From Macrostomum lignano (taxonomy: Eukaryota), in NCBI GenBank assembly GCA_002269645.1, contig NIVC01002398.1, positions 25,872 through 89,871 on the forward strand: a DNA stretch of 64,000 nucleotides. Reading direction: 5' to 3'. Shown in pieces: positions 11,830-22,541 of the stretch (positions are counted from its first letter, which is position 1; each line of letters begins with the position of its first letter). The notes beneath the pieces are model-generated. The model had not been told where the DNA came from, did no database searches, and was given only the letters and a program-made list of their open reading frames with translations. The translations under genes were made by a program, and so were the position numbers.

Positions 11830-12330
11830 ACCATGAGGGGAACTAAGCACAAACGACTAAGCACAAAGGAAGTCAACAGAGCTAAATGTGTGGCTACTGT
11901 GGCGGAGGTCAGTGCCGGCATCGACCTTACTATTTTCACTAAAGGCTTGGATAGCAAGGAAGGTAGAGGCGGCAGCAGAACCGATATTATGCGTAGCGCC
12001 GACGTCTGCAAGAATGAAATCGAAACGGGAGACATCATCGAGACGATCGAGAAGCCAGCGGGCGCGGTGAGCAGCTCCGTCGCTGCCAAAGCGAGTCTCC
12101 GGAACAGCGTCTGGGACTGGCGAGCTACCGCCATCATCTCAGACAGCGCAAGCGCTCTTAAGGGTCTCATGGGCACTGGGGGGGGGGGGGGGGCAGAAAT
12201 CGCATCGCCGAAATTCAGGACCTGAGGTGCGAGGTTAAGCTCGCGTGGGTGCCTGCGTACTCCGGCTTGCCGTGCATCGAAGCAGCCGATGCTACGGCCG
12301 GTAGAGCCAATCAGCTTCCCCAGGAGGGAA
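11830..12330 (+). mobile_element. Degenerate non-LTR retrotransposon RNase H domain
   Basis: IFTKGLDSKEGRGG resembles IYTDGS..G..G; IISDSASALKGL resembles I.SDS.SAL; after a poly-G frameshift, VKLAWVPAYSGLPCIEAADATA resembles V.L.WVPGH.G..GNE.AD..A. Catalytic residues are mutated. Confidence 0.7.
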
Positions 12331-12899
12331 CTGAAATCACAGACTGAAATCCAAACTGCGCCATGAGAGCACCAGCTTCAGCCACAATAGAGGCAGCAAA
12401 GGAAGCAATGCAGCGTTCAGCTCCAGAGCCGAAGCTGTTATTTTCCGCCGCTTTGGATCCGGGCACTCCCTAGAGCTGGCGTCCTCGCGCCCTGGATCTT
12501 CGACGGATGCAGCGTCGCGCCCGACCGACTATCGCAGTGTGAGTGCACGCTTAATGGCAGTAGTGTGAAGGCGCTTTTAGAAACACCGGAAGCCAGTGTT
12601 CACTAGTTGAGTCCAGCATCCTGACAAAATCCCAGCTCAGACAGGCAAACACAGTCAGAGTGCAACCTCATTCTATGAGCAAGCAGCCAATTAGCATAGA
12701 ACGGCAAATTGAATTGCCGGTGGTGGAGTGGTAGCTCAGCAATTGTTTTTCGTTGTGTCAGGTTTGGTCTGTCCTGTCATTGCTGGAGTCGACTTCATCG
12801 GCAACCAAAATTTGCAACTGGACTTCACAGGATCTTCACAAGAAGCTGGCCAAGTCTGCAGCACTGAGGCTGACACCGACGATCCAGTTGACATCGAAG

Positions 12900-13720
12900 T
12901 CACACTCGTCCCCGAGTTAATTGTCCCCGCTGAGAAGGGTCGGCGGCACCTGGAGAAGCGGCTGTCCGTTCTCGGCTATGCGGACGACCTCGCGCTGCTG
13001 TCAACGACGGCTGAAGGCGCCCAGCGGCTGCTGGATGGCCTGACGGCAGCAGCGTCGCGAGTCGGCCTCAAGCTGAACGCGCGGAAGACGGTAGTCTTCA
13101 CTGTATACTCCAAAAAGCCTGCCGAATAATCGAGACGCTGCCGGGGATGCAATCATGCTTACCCACTGCCAGCGGTTCCTGTATCTCTGCGGCCTCGTGC
13201 CGGACCTTGCCGACGACCTGGTGAGAGGACGAGGATTGGCCTGGGCCGCGCTCCGTGCTCCATTCTGAGGCCCTGGATGAAAGGCTCAAGGCTCGGCTGT
13301 TTCAGGCAGTCGTTAAGACTGTCCTGTTGTACAACGCCTAGACCTGGACCCTGCCGCACGCCTTAGAGAGGCAGCTGGACGCTGCGCATGCGGCCATGCT
13401 GCGTGCGGCGTTCAGAGTGCGCAGCGGTCCAGACAGCGAGACCAACGCCGCACTCTACGCAAGAGCGCGCCTGATGCGGCTTTCTGACCTGCTGCGCGGG
13501 CGACGACTTTGACTAGCTGGCCATATCATCCAGTCGGAGGCCCGCTGCCCTGAGCCGCTACACGAAGTGCTGCTGCTCAAGCTGCAGGGACCGCGCAGGC
13601 GAGGCCAAGGGCGAACGGCGAGATATCCTGACCAGCTTTTGACTGATGCTGGCGCCTCGGACCAAGCTGGGGGTGTGACTTTTTGAGAGCTTGAGGACGC
13701 GCTCTCTGACTTCTCCCCCC
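12900..13720 (+). mobile_element. 5'-truncated RTE-like non-LTR retrotransposon (RT C-terminal half), decayed
   Basis: LSVLGYADDLALLS...AQRLLDGLTAAASRVGLKLNARKT (YADD motif). Other frames give LKARLFQAVVKTVLLY, TWTL...LDAAHAAMLRAAF and RRLLLAGHII, typical of RTE ORF ends. Stops and frameshifts are present. Confidence 0.85.
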
Positions 13721-15722
13721 ATTTATGGTCACTGATCAAGTGTCTGGCGGGAGAAGTCTTGTTGTTTTTAATGTATTGGAATTAGGGATGGAATCTGTGG
13801 GAATTTGCAATTCTCTCGATTGGCCAGGTCGGCAGAACCATTTTTCGCTCGTCGTCTGATTAGGGTAGCGAACAGGAATTTCCACCTAGGTAGATGTCTA
13901 GGACGCAGCACATAGCAACTCGAGAATCTGTCTTCATGTAAACATGTTCAACTACTATGTAAAGCTACCGTTAAAGGCTTGAAGAGTTTAAGAGTGGTGA
14001 TCAGTCACTCAAAAACTCCCACTTCTAGACACTGGGGAACAAGTGCCTAGGTTTTACCAGTTCAAACTACTTACTGCAGCGGATCCTCTTGGGGTCGGCA
14101 GCCGGTGGAGTTCTGTGGCACGTCGGGATAGCAAGCTTGCTGAGCGGTTACGGCGACCGGTTCCGGTGAACAACTGTTTTTCTTTGGTGTCCTTAACTTT
14201 ATCTGTGGGTCGACCAGAACGAGAGCGAATCAAAATTCTTGACGGTCCTCGAGCTCGAAATTAACAGTAGAACGTGCGCCCTAATGAACAATTGAATTCT
14301 CTAATTTTCTGTGATAGGTCCTCCTGAAGGGCGGCTTCTTCGTTACGTCCGAAACGTAACGGATAACTCAATTAAATCAATAAATCCTCTAGGAATATCC
14401 TAGGAAACAAGGAGGCCTTTCTCAAATGTATCGACAATGAACTGCTCTCGTATACTCAATTAACCAACTTATTAGCGCTAGTAACAAATATCTAAATCGG
14501 GTAAACGCTTACCAATTGGACAGGTGTGGTCCCTCAGAGATTGGTCTTCTTATTTCTTCAGAGTCTTCTTAGAGACCGCTCCGAGTCTGAATTTTTGACT
14601 CAAATTTCACTTATATTTATAGCAAAATTTTGGAGAAAAACCGGTTTGGGATTGGGTACATGTATTTACTTAGGTCAAAAATGTTTGATTAAGCTGTCAT
14701 GCATGTTTGAGCATTACCATATATGGGGTTAAGCAAATACAGCTGTTGGAATCCGGTTCCTTGATCAAACAATGTAGGTTTCTAAATCATTCTGTTTGCG
14801 CGTGATTCCTAAAATAGATATGACTCATTTTGAAAGAAATTGACTTCCTTAGAATATTACTTCAAGTAGAGCATTACGGTATGGTCTAATAACTCTACAG
14901 GCTTAGCGGCCTACATACAAAGTTTAAAACCTTGCAATTCCATCGTGGTTGTTCATACTTGAGCCTAGCAAGCGGTATGGAGCAACTGTAGGAATCTGCA
15001 GCCGAGGGCCGAAAGCAGATACTGAAAGACAGCTGACCACACAAATCTGTTTATCTCGTTTAAAAATTGCCCTGAAATTCTCTGGCAGAAAAAAAGACGA
15101 GCGGCTTCAAACAGACGAGTGCATTGAGTATTTATTAATTATTGGGATTTGAGAACTGTTTAAGTTGTCTGAGTGCAAAGTCAGTAGCAGAGAAAAGATT
15201 CCATAATCGGGTGAATAGCAGTTCAGTATGGCGTGATTTCAGGACAGAGACAGCAAAAACATACGAAAACTAAGCTTTGTACGAAAACTAAGCTAAGAAT
15301 ATAAAGATCTAATAAAAAGTAACAACATGATTAATCACATTGGCTGCAAGTTATGAATTTTATAATGCACATACACTAGGGAGGAGAAGTTAGTGACTAC
15401 AATGTTCTTATCACTAGCAGCATAGTGCGGATAATATGGAATTAAATATTGTTTAGCTACATTTATAAAAGCAAACTAACAAAATTTATTATGCCTACTT
15501 TAAAACCCTTCCCCCAAATAATTGCTAGTATTTTGCAATGACTAAAATTCTATTGAACTGCTATGTTCTACTAGTAGCCATCCAAGCAGTCAAAGAACTA
15601 ACCCATTTGAACCAAAAGAAAAACTTCACGGTTCACAAGAATAAGCAGTACTACACAATGACCATCAAAGTTGAAACACGACAGCTCGCCAGGCCCAAAA
15701 TGAGCAAGCAGTTGCAGTGCAA

Positions 15723-17217
15723 TCAGGTGCCCGAGTCGCACGCGGCTGAGGCCGACTCCAGCAGGACGGACACGAAGCCCTGGTCGCCGGTCCAGGTGCC
15801 GCCGAACACGCAGCCGCCACTACAGAAGGAGCCGCCGCCTCCGCCGATGTGGCCGTAGGCCAGTCCAGCTCCGCCGCCGCTGAAGCCGCCGCCGGCTCCA
15901 GGGGTGCCTTTCTCTGAGCCGGTCATGCTGCCGCCTCCACCGCCTCCGCCGAAGCCTCCATCGCAGACGCTGCCGTCTCCGGCGCTGCCGCCGACCCAGC
16001 CGTGGGCCAGACTGCCGCCTCTCTCTCCGTCCGAGGAGCTCCGTCTGGGGTTAACGGCCCTGCCGAGCCAGCCGGCGCCGCAGCCGCCGTGGTTGCTTTT
16101 GAGGTGGGTGCTAGCGGGGCTGTTTGAGCCTGGCTTACCGTTGGCGCCGCCGAATCCCGGGTATGCGCTGTTGGCTCCGTTGCTGTCGGAACCGTTTGTC
16201 CCAGTCTCTGCTGGTTGTCCTACCATCAATAAAACTTCTTATTAGAGTGGTTTAATGGCTTCTGATGATTTACAATTTAAGCAACTGCTGCTACTAAGCC
16301 CACCATTTCTAGCGAAGGAAGCTCCGCCGCCTCCGCCGGCAGCCAGCAGCAGCAGCTGGTCGACCGTCCGGTACACGAAGCTGCCGCCGCCTCCGCCGCC
16401 TCCTTCATAATCCAAGAACGTCGAGCCGCCCATCTGGCCCACAACGATGCTCAGCTGGGTGCCGGCTGTCAGGTTAACTCTGGCGCTCACCTGGGCTCCC
16501 TGGCCTCCGGATGTGTTCGTCAGTAAGTTTCCGCCACCTCTGGCGCCGGCAGCTTTGATCAGGTAGCAGCCGGTCGTGTTGATGAGGACGCTTTGGATTG
16601 AGCCGTTTCTACCTGTGCTGCTGTCTGCAATGGAGCAGCGTCAGCGAGTTACAAAACTGGAGTGAGTGCAATTTCTGTCTGTGCCGAAATCATGGTAGCC
16701 ACCCTCGACAAAGACTATGCATTGATGACTCACTCCGAAGCTGCACTGCAGGAGAAGGCCAGTCGCTGTCGTCCGCCTTCCACACCTTCGCACCGACCTG
16801 AGATCCGATGACTTGCTGCACCTGATCTGCTGAGATTGACAGCTTGGCGGTTGTTATGGTGACCATCTCGCACGTGGCATTGCTCTCCACCGAGACGGCA
16901 GCGCTGCAGCTCACCCTCTGGCACTTCGCTAGACAATCGGTAGCATCAGTGGCCTTGGTTGTTGTTGTGACGTTGTTGTAGGCGTTCAGAACGGCTTCCA
17001 GCATGTGAAGCTGCTGCTCTGAGCACACAGAATAGGTCCGCAAACTGGTGGTGCCTTGTACTCGAAGCACGAGAGAGCAGCAAACTGCATTGGGGCAATG
17101 CGCGGTCAGTAATACACAGCATGCATTGAATAACTGTGAGCAGCGGTTCTTAAGTCAGGGTGGCAATCACTTACCGAATAAGAAAAGTAATTGTACAGAC
17201 AGAATTTTATCAGTCAT
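15723..17217 (-). CDS. Secreted PAN/apple-like + ALK/LTK-type glycine-rich-domain protein (copy C, intact, ~403 aa); exons 17217-17175, 17084-16734, 16624-16304, 16219-15723
   Basis: Exons of 43+351+321+497=1212 nt give an open frame with GT-AG phase-1 introns of 84-109 nt. Signal-peptide-like MTDKILSVQLLFLFVCCSLVLRVQG; Cys motif DCLAKCQRVSC...TCEMV; then GSIQSVLINTTGCYLIKAAGARGG...LSIVVGQMG...GGGGGGGSFVY...LLLAAGGGGGA...GGFGGGGGGG...GAGGGFSGGG...GGGGSF, matching the ALK/LTK glycine-rich domain pattern. No TM segment or kinase. Confidence 0.85.
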
Positions 17218-18904
17218 GCTTGCAGCGATAGCTTGATTGTCGGCCTTCAATTTACTGCGAATCTTCTTGAGTAAAAGGCTTGATGGATAGCTATTTAACC
17301 TTTCTTTCAACAGTTGAAATCCAAAATGAATTAATCATATAATCACCAGTGTATATACTCTTAGGCGGGAAGCAGAGTTCGTTCGAGAAGTCACTTGCTA
17401 CACTCTAGAGACTGAATCAAGATGTGGAAGAAAGTCTGAGCAGAGGTGGGTTCGCAGCTAATTATAGACTTGAGTTGTCCTCGTGGTTCGGGAGCTTTAT
17501 CTATCGATGATGCTTGAGCGCTGTTCTGCAGGAGTTTCCCAAATAATAACAGTTATACTCGCAAAAGGATGCAGGTATAGCCTTAGGTGTACAGAAAGAA
17601 AGTGTATCGGATTATGGCCAAAAATTGTTATACTTAGCATCTTGATTAGTTAGGTTGTTCACGCATCGCTACGATGGCAGCTGAACAAAAAATAACAGCC
17701 TTTGCATTGCGTGCAGCAGAGTCGTGTGTGGTGCCCTGCTTCAGTGAGCCGCTGCCAAAAATGAGTGGGGACTTGACGCAGCTGCTCAGTCAAGTGCATC
17801 AGAGTCGCAAAACACCCAAATCTTCAGTCAGCTGCATCGGTAGATGATTCTGGGTGCTGCTGCTTAGAAATGAGTTCCGCTGTAGTCGGCAAGCTTCGCA
17901 CTGGCACTGAGAACCAGAAGATTCTATGCATTTGTCATTTAAACTGCAGCTGTGACAATCGTTTAAACTCGCAACAATGTTTGCGTTTATGCTTTACCAC
18001 CATTTAAAAATACCTGTAACACGGCTTATCTACTGTAATATAAAGTTTACCAGTCATATATCATGTTCAAATCAGCAAAAAAGCACATCATTACGAGTAA
18101 TAGCCTCACATAGTGATGTCATCATAAGCATGGCGCATGTACACCATATTTTCCTTCAGCAGTGTATTAATAGTTGAAGGCTGGCTCCATCAATAGATGA
18201 TTCTGGGCGCTGCTAGTCAGAGCTGAGTTTCATTGTTGTCTGAAAAATTCTCGCGCAGGGACTGAGACCCATAAGCAAACAGATATTGTCTTTTAAAAGT
18301 CAGACTAACTGTCAGACTCACCCTGGTTAAAGTTGATTTCTTGTAAAACTGGCTTGGAAATGCTGGCTACAGTCTGTAAATATTTAGTCGATTTTATTAA
18401 TAAATAAAATAATTAGAATAATTATATATGATTTCTAGGCTTAATGAGTCTGATTCGTGTTGTTTTTGCCATGTAACCAATGTCTGGATTCTATTCCATT
18501 TAAACAAATGAATTCTATGCATCATTTCTCAATTTCATTTCCCGAATTAGCAGAAAATATAATAAAATAATGTCTGTACTTACACCGCTGGTGACACAAG
18601 CATTTCAAGTAGTGTGAGACTAAGTTAAATATCTCTAATTCTAACTATCCGCTAAACCTCTTATCACTAGTAGTGCATGTGCATTTTAAGTTTCATTGCA
18701 CACCCGAGAGTCAATTGTTCTTCAATACATTTTTTATGTTTCAGTTCGTAAATCACTTCGGGTTAAACTGCTATTTCACTGATTCTTGAACCTTTCACTG
18801 CTAATGAATTTGCACTCAGACAACTCAAAGGTTTCTCAAAAAGATTACATTTCTCTCCCTGTGGGCTGAAATCCAGAAGGTTGCGTACTGCAAATCGAAT
18901 TTGT

Positions 18905-19810
18905 CCAGAGTCCGCGCTTCCTCGATGACTTGGCGAAGAGCCAGGATCTGCGCCACTGTGCCCCGGTGGGGCCGGAACCCATTCTGCTCAGGACGCAGGT
19001 ACGGATCCAGCACGGGCTGCAACCGCGATAGCAGCATACGGTTGAACAGATTCGCAGCGCAGGACTGCAGGCAGATACCTCAGTGCTCTTCAAGCCGCGT
19101 GATGCACGGCTTCTTCGGAATAGCGACGATGTGCGCCGTGGTCAATTCGTTGGGTGCAGCCTCTCCGAAAAGCACGCGGTTCATCACTCTGGCGACCTCA
19201 CTGGCCACACAGTGAGTCGCAGCGACTCGATGGGCACCTCGTCCGGACCCAGCGCTTTCCCGCCCGGTGACTGTTGGGCGAGCCTCACAACGTCGGCTGT
19301 GCTGACTGGTGCAAAGCTGAAACTCTCCTCTGCCGGCAACGGCGTCTCCGGCGGCAGCCTCAAATCGTTTGGCAGCGGGGGCGACGGCGCGTTGACGATG
19401 GCGGCGAAGAACTCGCGCAGCTCATTTCTGCGCTCCTACGGAGTGTCGCCAGCCAGGTTGAGCGGAGTGTTGCCCAGTCAGAGCATTAATGGTGGACCAG
19501 GCCACGCGCCCTTTGGCGTCGGGTCCAGCGGCGGTGACGGCCTGGATGGCGTCGTCAACAGCGGCCTGTTGCCGCTGCAGGTAGACAGCCGCCAGAGCCT
19601 CCTCCGCCTCGCGAGTTGGCCGCCTGCTCAGACGGAGCCTCTCCAGCTCTGCCCTCGCTTGCCGAATCGATCAGGGTCATCCTGCCAGACCGGCTGTTTA
19701 TGTTGGGCCGGTTGCATCAACGGGACTGCTTGCTCCGCCGCGGCTCTAACCGCGGCACTTACCTCAGTGTACTCGGCGCGCCCGCACCTGTCGCCAGGTC
19801 GCAAACTTGC
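18905..19810 (-). mobile_element. Internal fragment of RTE-like non-LTR retrotransposon (linker + RT N-terminal motifs), decayed
   Basis: Minus-strand translations across frameshifts give PVWQDDP, KALGPDEVPIE, IVAIPKKP and LLSRLQPVLDPYLRPEQNGFRPHRGTVAQILALRQVIEEAR (Q.GFR..R RT motif). Confidence 0.82.
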
Positions 19811-20930
19811 ATAACCTTGGCTATTCCAAGGAATTCTAAACCTAGCAAGTCTCGTACGCGTTAGGCTCTGGCATTCTAATAGTCTTGTGCATTTTTTTAA
19901 TATTGGAACTTTGACTCGTTGAGTAACACAATAAATTAAAACCACAAGTAAGTCATATGGAAGGCTTATTACATAACATTATTAAAGCTTTTGGAAGTTG
20001 AGTTCTAAGGCTTAGCCGTCATCATGTTCAAATATACCCTTCAGAAAAACTAGCGCTTCGACTTAAGGATGAGATAATGCACAATGAGATAGATGAGATA
20101 CCTGCTCTCGCAAGATTGAAGATGAGATAATGCACAATGAGATAGACAAGGAGATGATTCAACATAATAAAAAAAATCGTTTTTATTGTTACTAATTATA
20201 GTCAGCTACATATATCTTCTGCATTGAGATCTGCTATTTGCGATATTTCTAAGAACTGCTGTCTGTTTCTTTTTTGATCCATATCAAGCTATCCCTGTCG
20301 GTGTCAAGTGCATCAAATTTAGAGAGTTTCTGCCATAGACTTGAGAAATCTGACTGTTTGATCCGGGATTTGACGTTTTATACTGCCTAAAACTGAATTT
20401 GAATAACGGTAGAATAGGAGTGCTATAGCTATAGCAATTACCCAGCCATGGTAAATCCCACGAGACAAGCTTTCTTGCTTTCCAAGAAACTCACCTCGTT
20501 CTCTTGGGCGCCTCATCAATCGATAATTCTGGGGATCGGAGCTTCTCTGCTGTTCCATTGTTCCCGATTTTCGTGGGACCAAGAGTGACTAACAATGCAT
20601 GGCTTTTCTCTTTACCTTGAAGAAAAAATTGCTTTAGAACTCTTTCTTAAACTGCGTTGTGAGGAGTTTCTGCGCGCGGAGATTACTCCTACAGGTGGAG
20701 CTATGCGCCAGATGCAAGCATACAGTTGTACTGCTGAAGTGGTTGCAATTATCAAACTACTTCGAGAGTAGTGGAATAAGCCGCACACATGTTGATTTCA
20801 TCATTGACATTGCACGTGTACGAACTACACCATATTTCTTTTTTCAACTACACAGGATATAGGCCTCAAGCCTCTGCAGTTGAAAGGTGGGCACCCTGCT
20901 TTAGCGACAGCTGCTGTTAAGAATGCCTAG

Positions 20931-21430
20931 AGACTTGATGCAGCCTACCAAAGAAGCGTGACTCCGTCTCTCAGGCTGGCTCCATCAATGGATGATTCTG
21001 GGCGCTGCTGTTCAGAGCTGAGTTCCATTGTTGTCTGCAAATTTCTCTATCTGAGAGACTTGATGCAGCCTACCAAAGAAGCGTGACTCCGTCTCTCAGG
21101 CTGGCTCCATCAATGGATGATTCTGGGCGCTGCTGTTCAGAGCTGAGTTCCATTGTTGTCTGCAAATTTCTCTATCTGAGAGACTTGATGCAGCCAACCA
21201 AAGAAGCGTGACTCCGTCTCTCAGGCTGGCTCCATCAATGGATGATTCTGGGCGCTGCTGTTCAGAGCTGAGTTCCATTGTTGTCTGCAAATTTCTCTAT
21301 CTGAGAGACTTGATGCAGCCTACCAAAGAAGCGTGACTCCGTCTCTCAGGCTGGCTCCATCAATCGATGATTCTGGGCGCTGCTATTCAGAGCTGAGTTC
21401 CATTGTTGTCGGCAAATTTCTCTACCTGAG
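20931..21430. repeat. 125-bp tandem repeat, about 4 copies
   Basis: agacttgatgcagcc starts at 20931, 21056, 21181 and 21306. The core ggctccatcaatggatgattctgggcgctgct also occurs dispersed at ~5880, ~17840 and ~18180. Confidence 0.95.
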
Positions 21431-22541
21431 GACTGGGACCCTGAGAAGTGGGCGTACTGCAAACCAAATTTGTCTCTTTTTAAAACTAAGACATAGAAGC
21501 TGCTACCAGGGACTCGCCGACTCGCGGTCAAATACTCGCTAACAAAGACTTGCTACGGTAATGGACCTTCAACAGGTAGCGCCAGGTGACTACTATTGGG
21601 AATTTCTGTTGCAAATTTCTCTAGTTTCGCTGATCAAGCCTAGACAGTGGGCAAACATCAATTGCTGGACACCTTCAGCTAGTCTCTCGAGAATTCCATC
21701 ATCACCCCGACGCCGTCGGCCGCTTCAACAAATGGCAACAGATGACTATGGACACCGGAACGAGATTTTCATCATACTCTCAACATTTATAAAGCTCTTA
21801 GGAGTACTCCAAGCGAGTTTCCTTGGAGCGCCTGTTCAGAAAGGCTGAGTTCGTTCCAACGGGACCCTCACACCCTCACCTGACCGCAGACTGAGGTCTG
21901 AAGGAACCGGTGGCAGCCCAAACTATCCGACGCTACAACTCAGGCTTTAAGTTGGAGCCACCGGTTACAACACTACCAAATTCTTGTGACATTCTAACTT
22001 GCTAAATTATGAGATCTGATAAGGTAGAAAACTGATTCTGATTTTGAAACTAAAGAATTCTGCTTCAATCAACACGTCTTAATTCTGTATTTGCTGTCAA
22101 AGGTTTCCATTAACAAACAGCTTTGACATAATATATTTCAATAGTAAAGCTTCTAAACAGCATTATAATTAGTAAGCTAATTGAATAAAAAAAAGATTAC
22201 CATAGGAATGTTACCAAGGTACTAACAAGGGCACGGTAATGCTAGTTTGAAGACAACCGCAATTTTTCAAGGCCTTGCGACCAAAAAATAAACAACGATA
22301 AATTATCGGGTGGAAATATTATAAATCATAATTGATTAATTTAAAAATATTCCTACGTCAACTGAGTGCGCCAAAAAATGACCGCAATAAAAAAACATTC
22401 AGAACACAACAAAACAGACTACAGGATAATGATGTGTCAATTTAGTCAAATAAATAAAAAATCACACACACGCTCACACAGGGTGTATACAGGAGCGGCC
22501 CTTGTGACTTTCTAATCGTCAGGCATTGAATTATGTCAAAG

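Noticed and set aside
20068-20146. 26-bp direct repeat (gatgagataatgcacaatgagataga) with 53-bp spacing
   Set aside because: Two copies only; an ordinary small tandem duplication.
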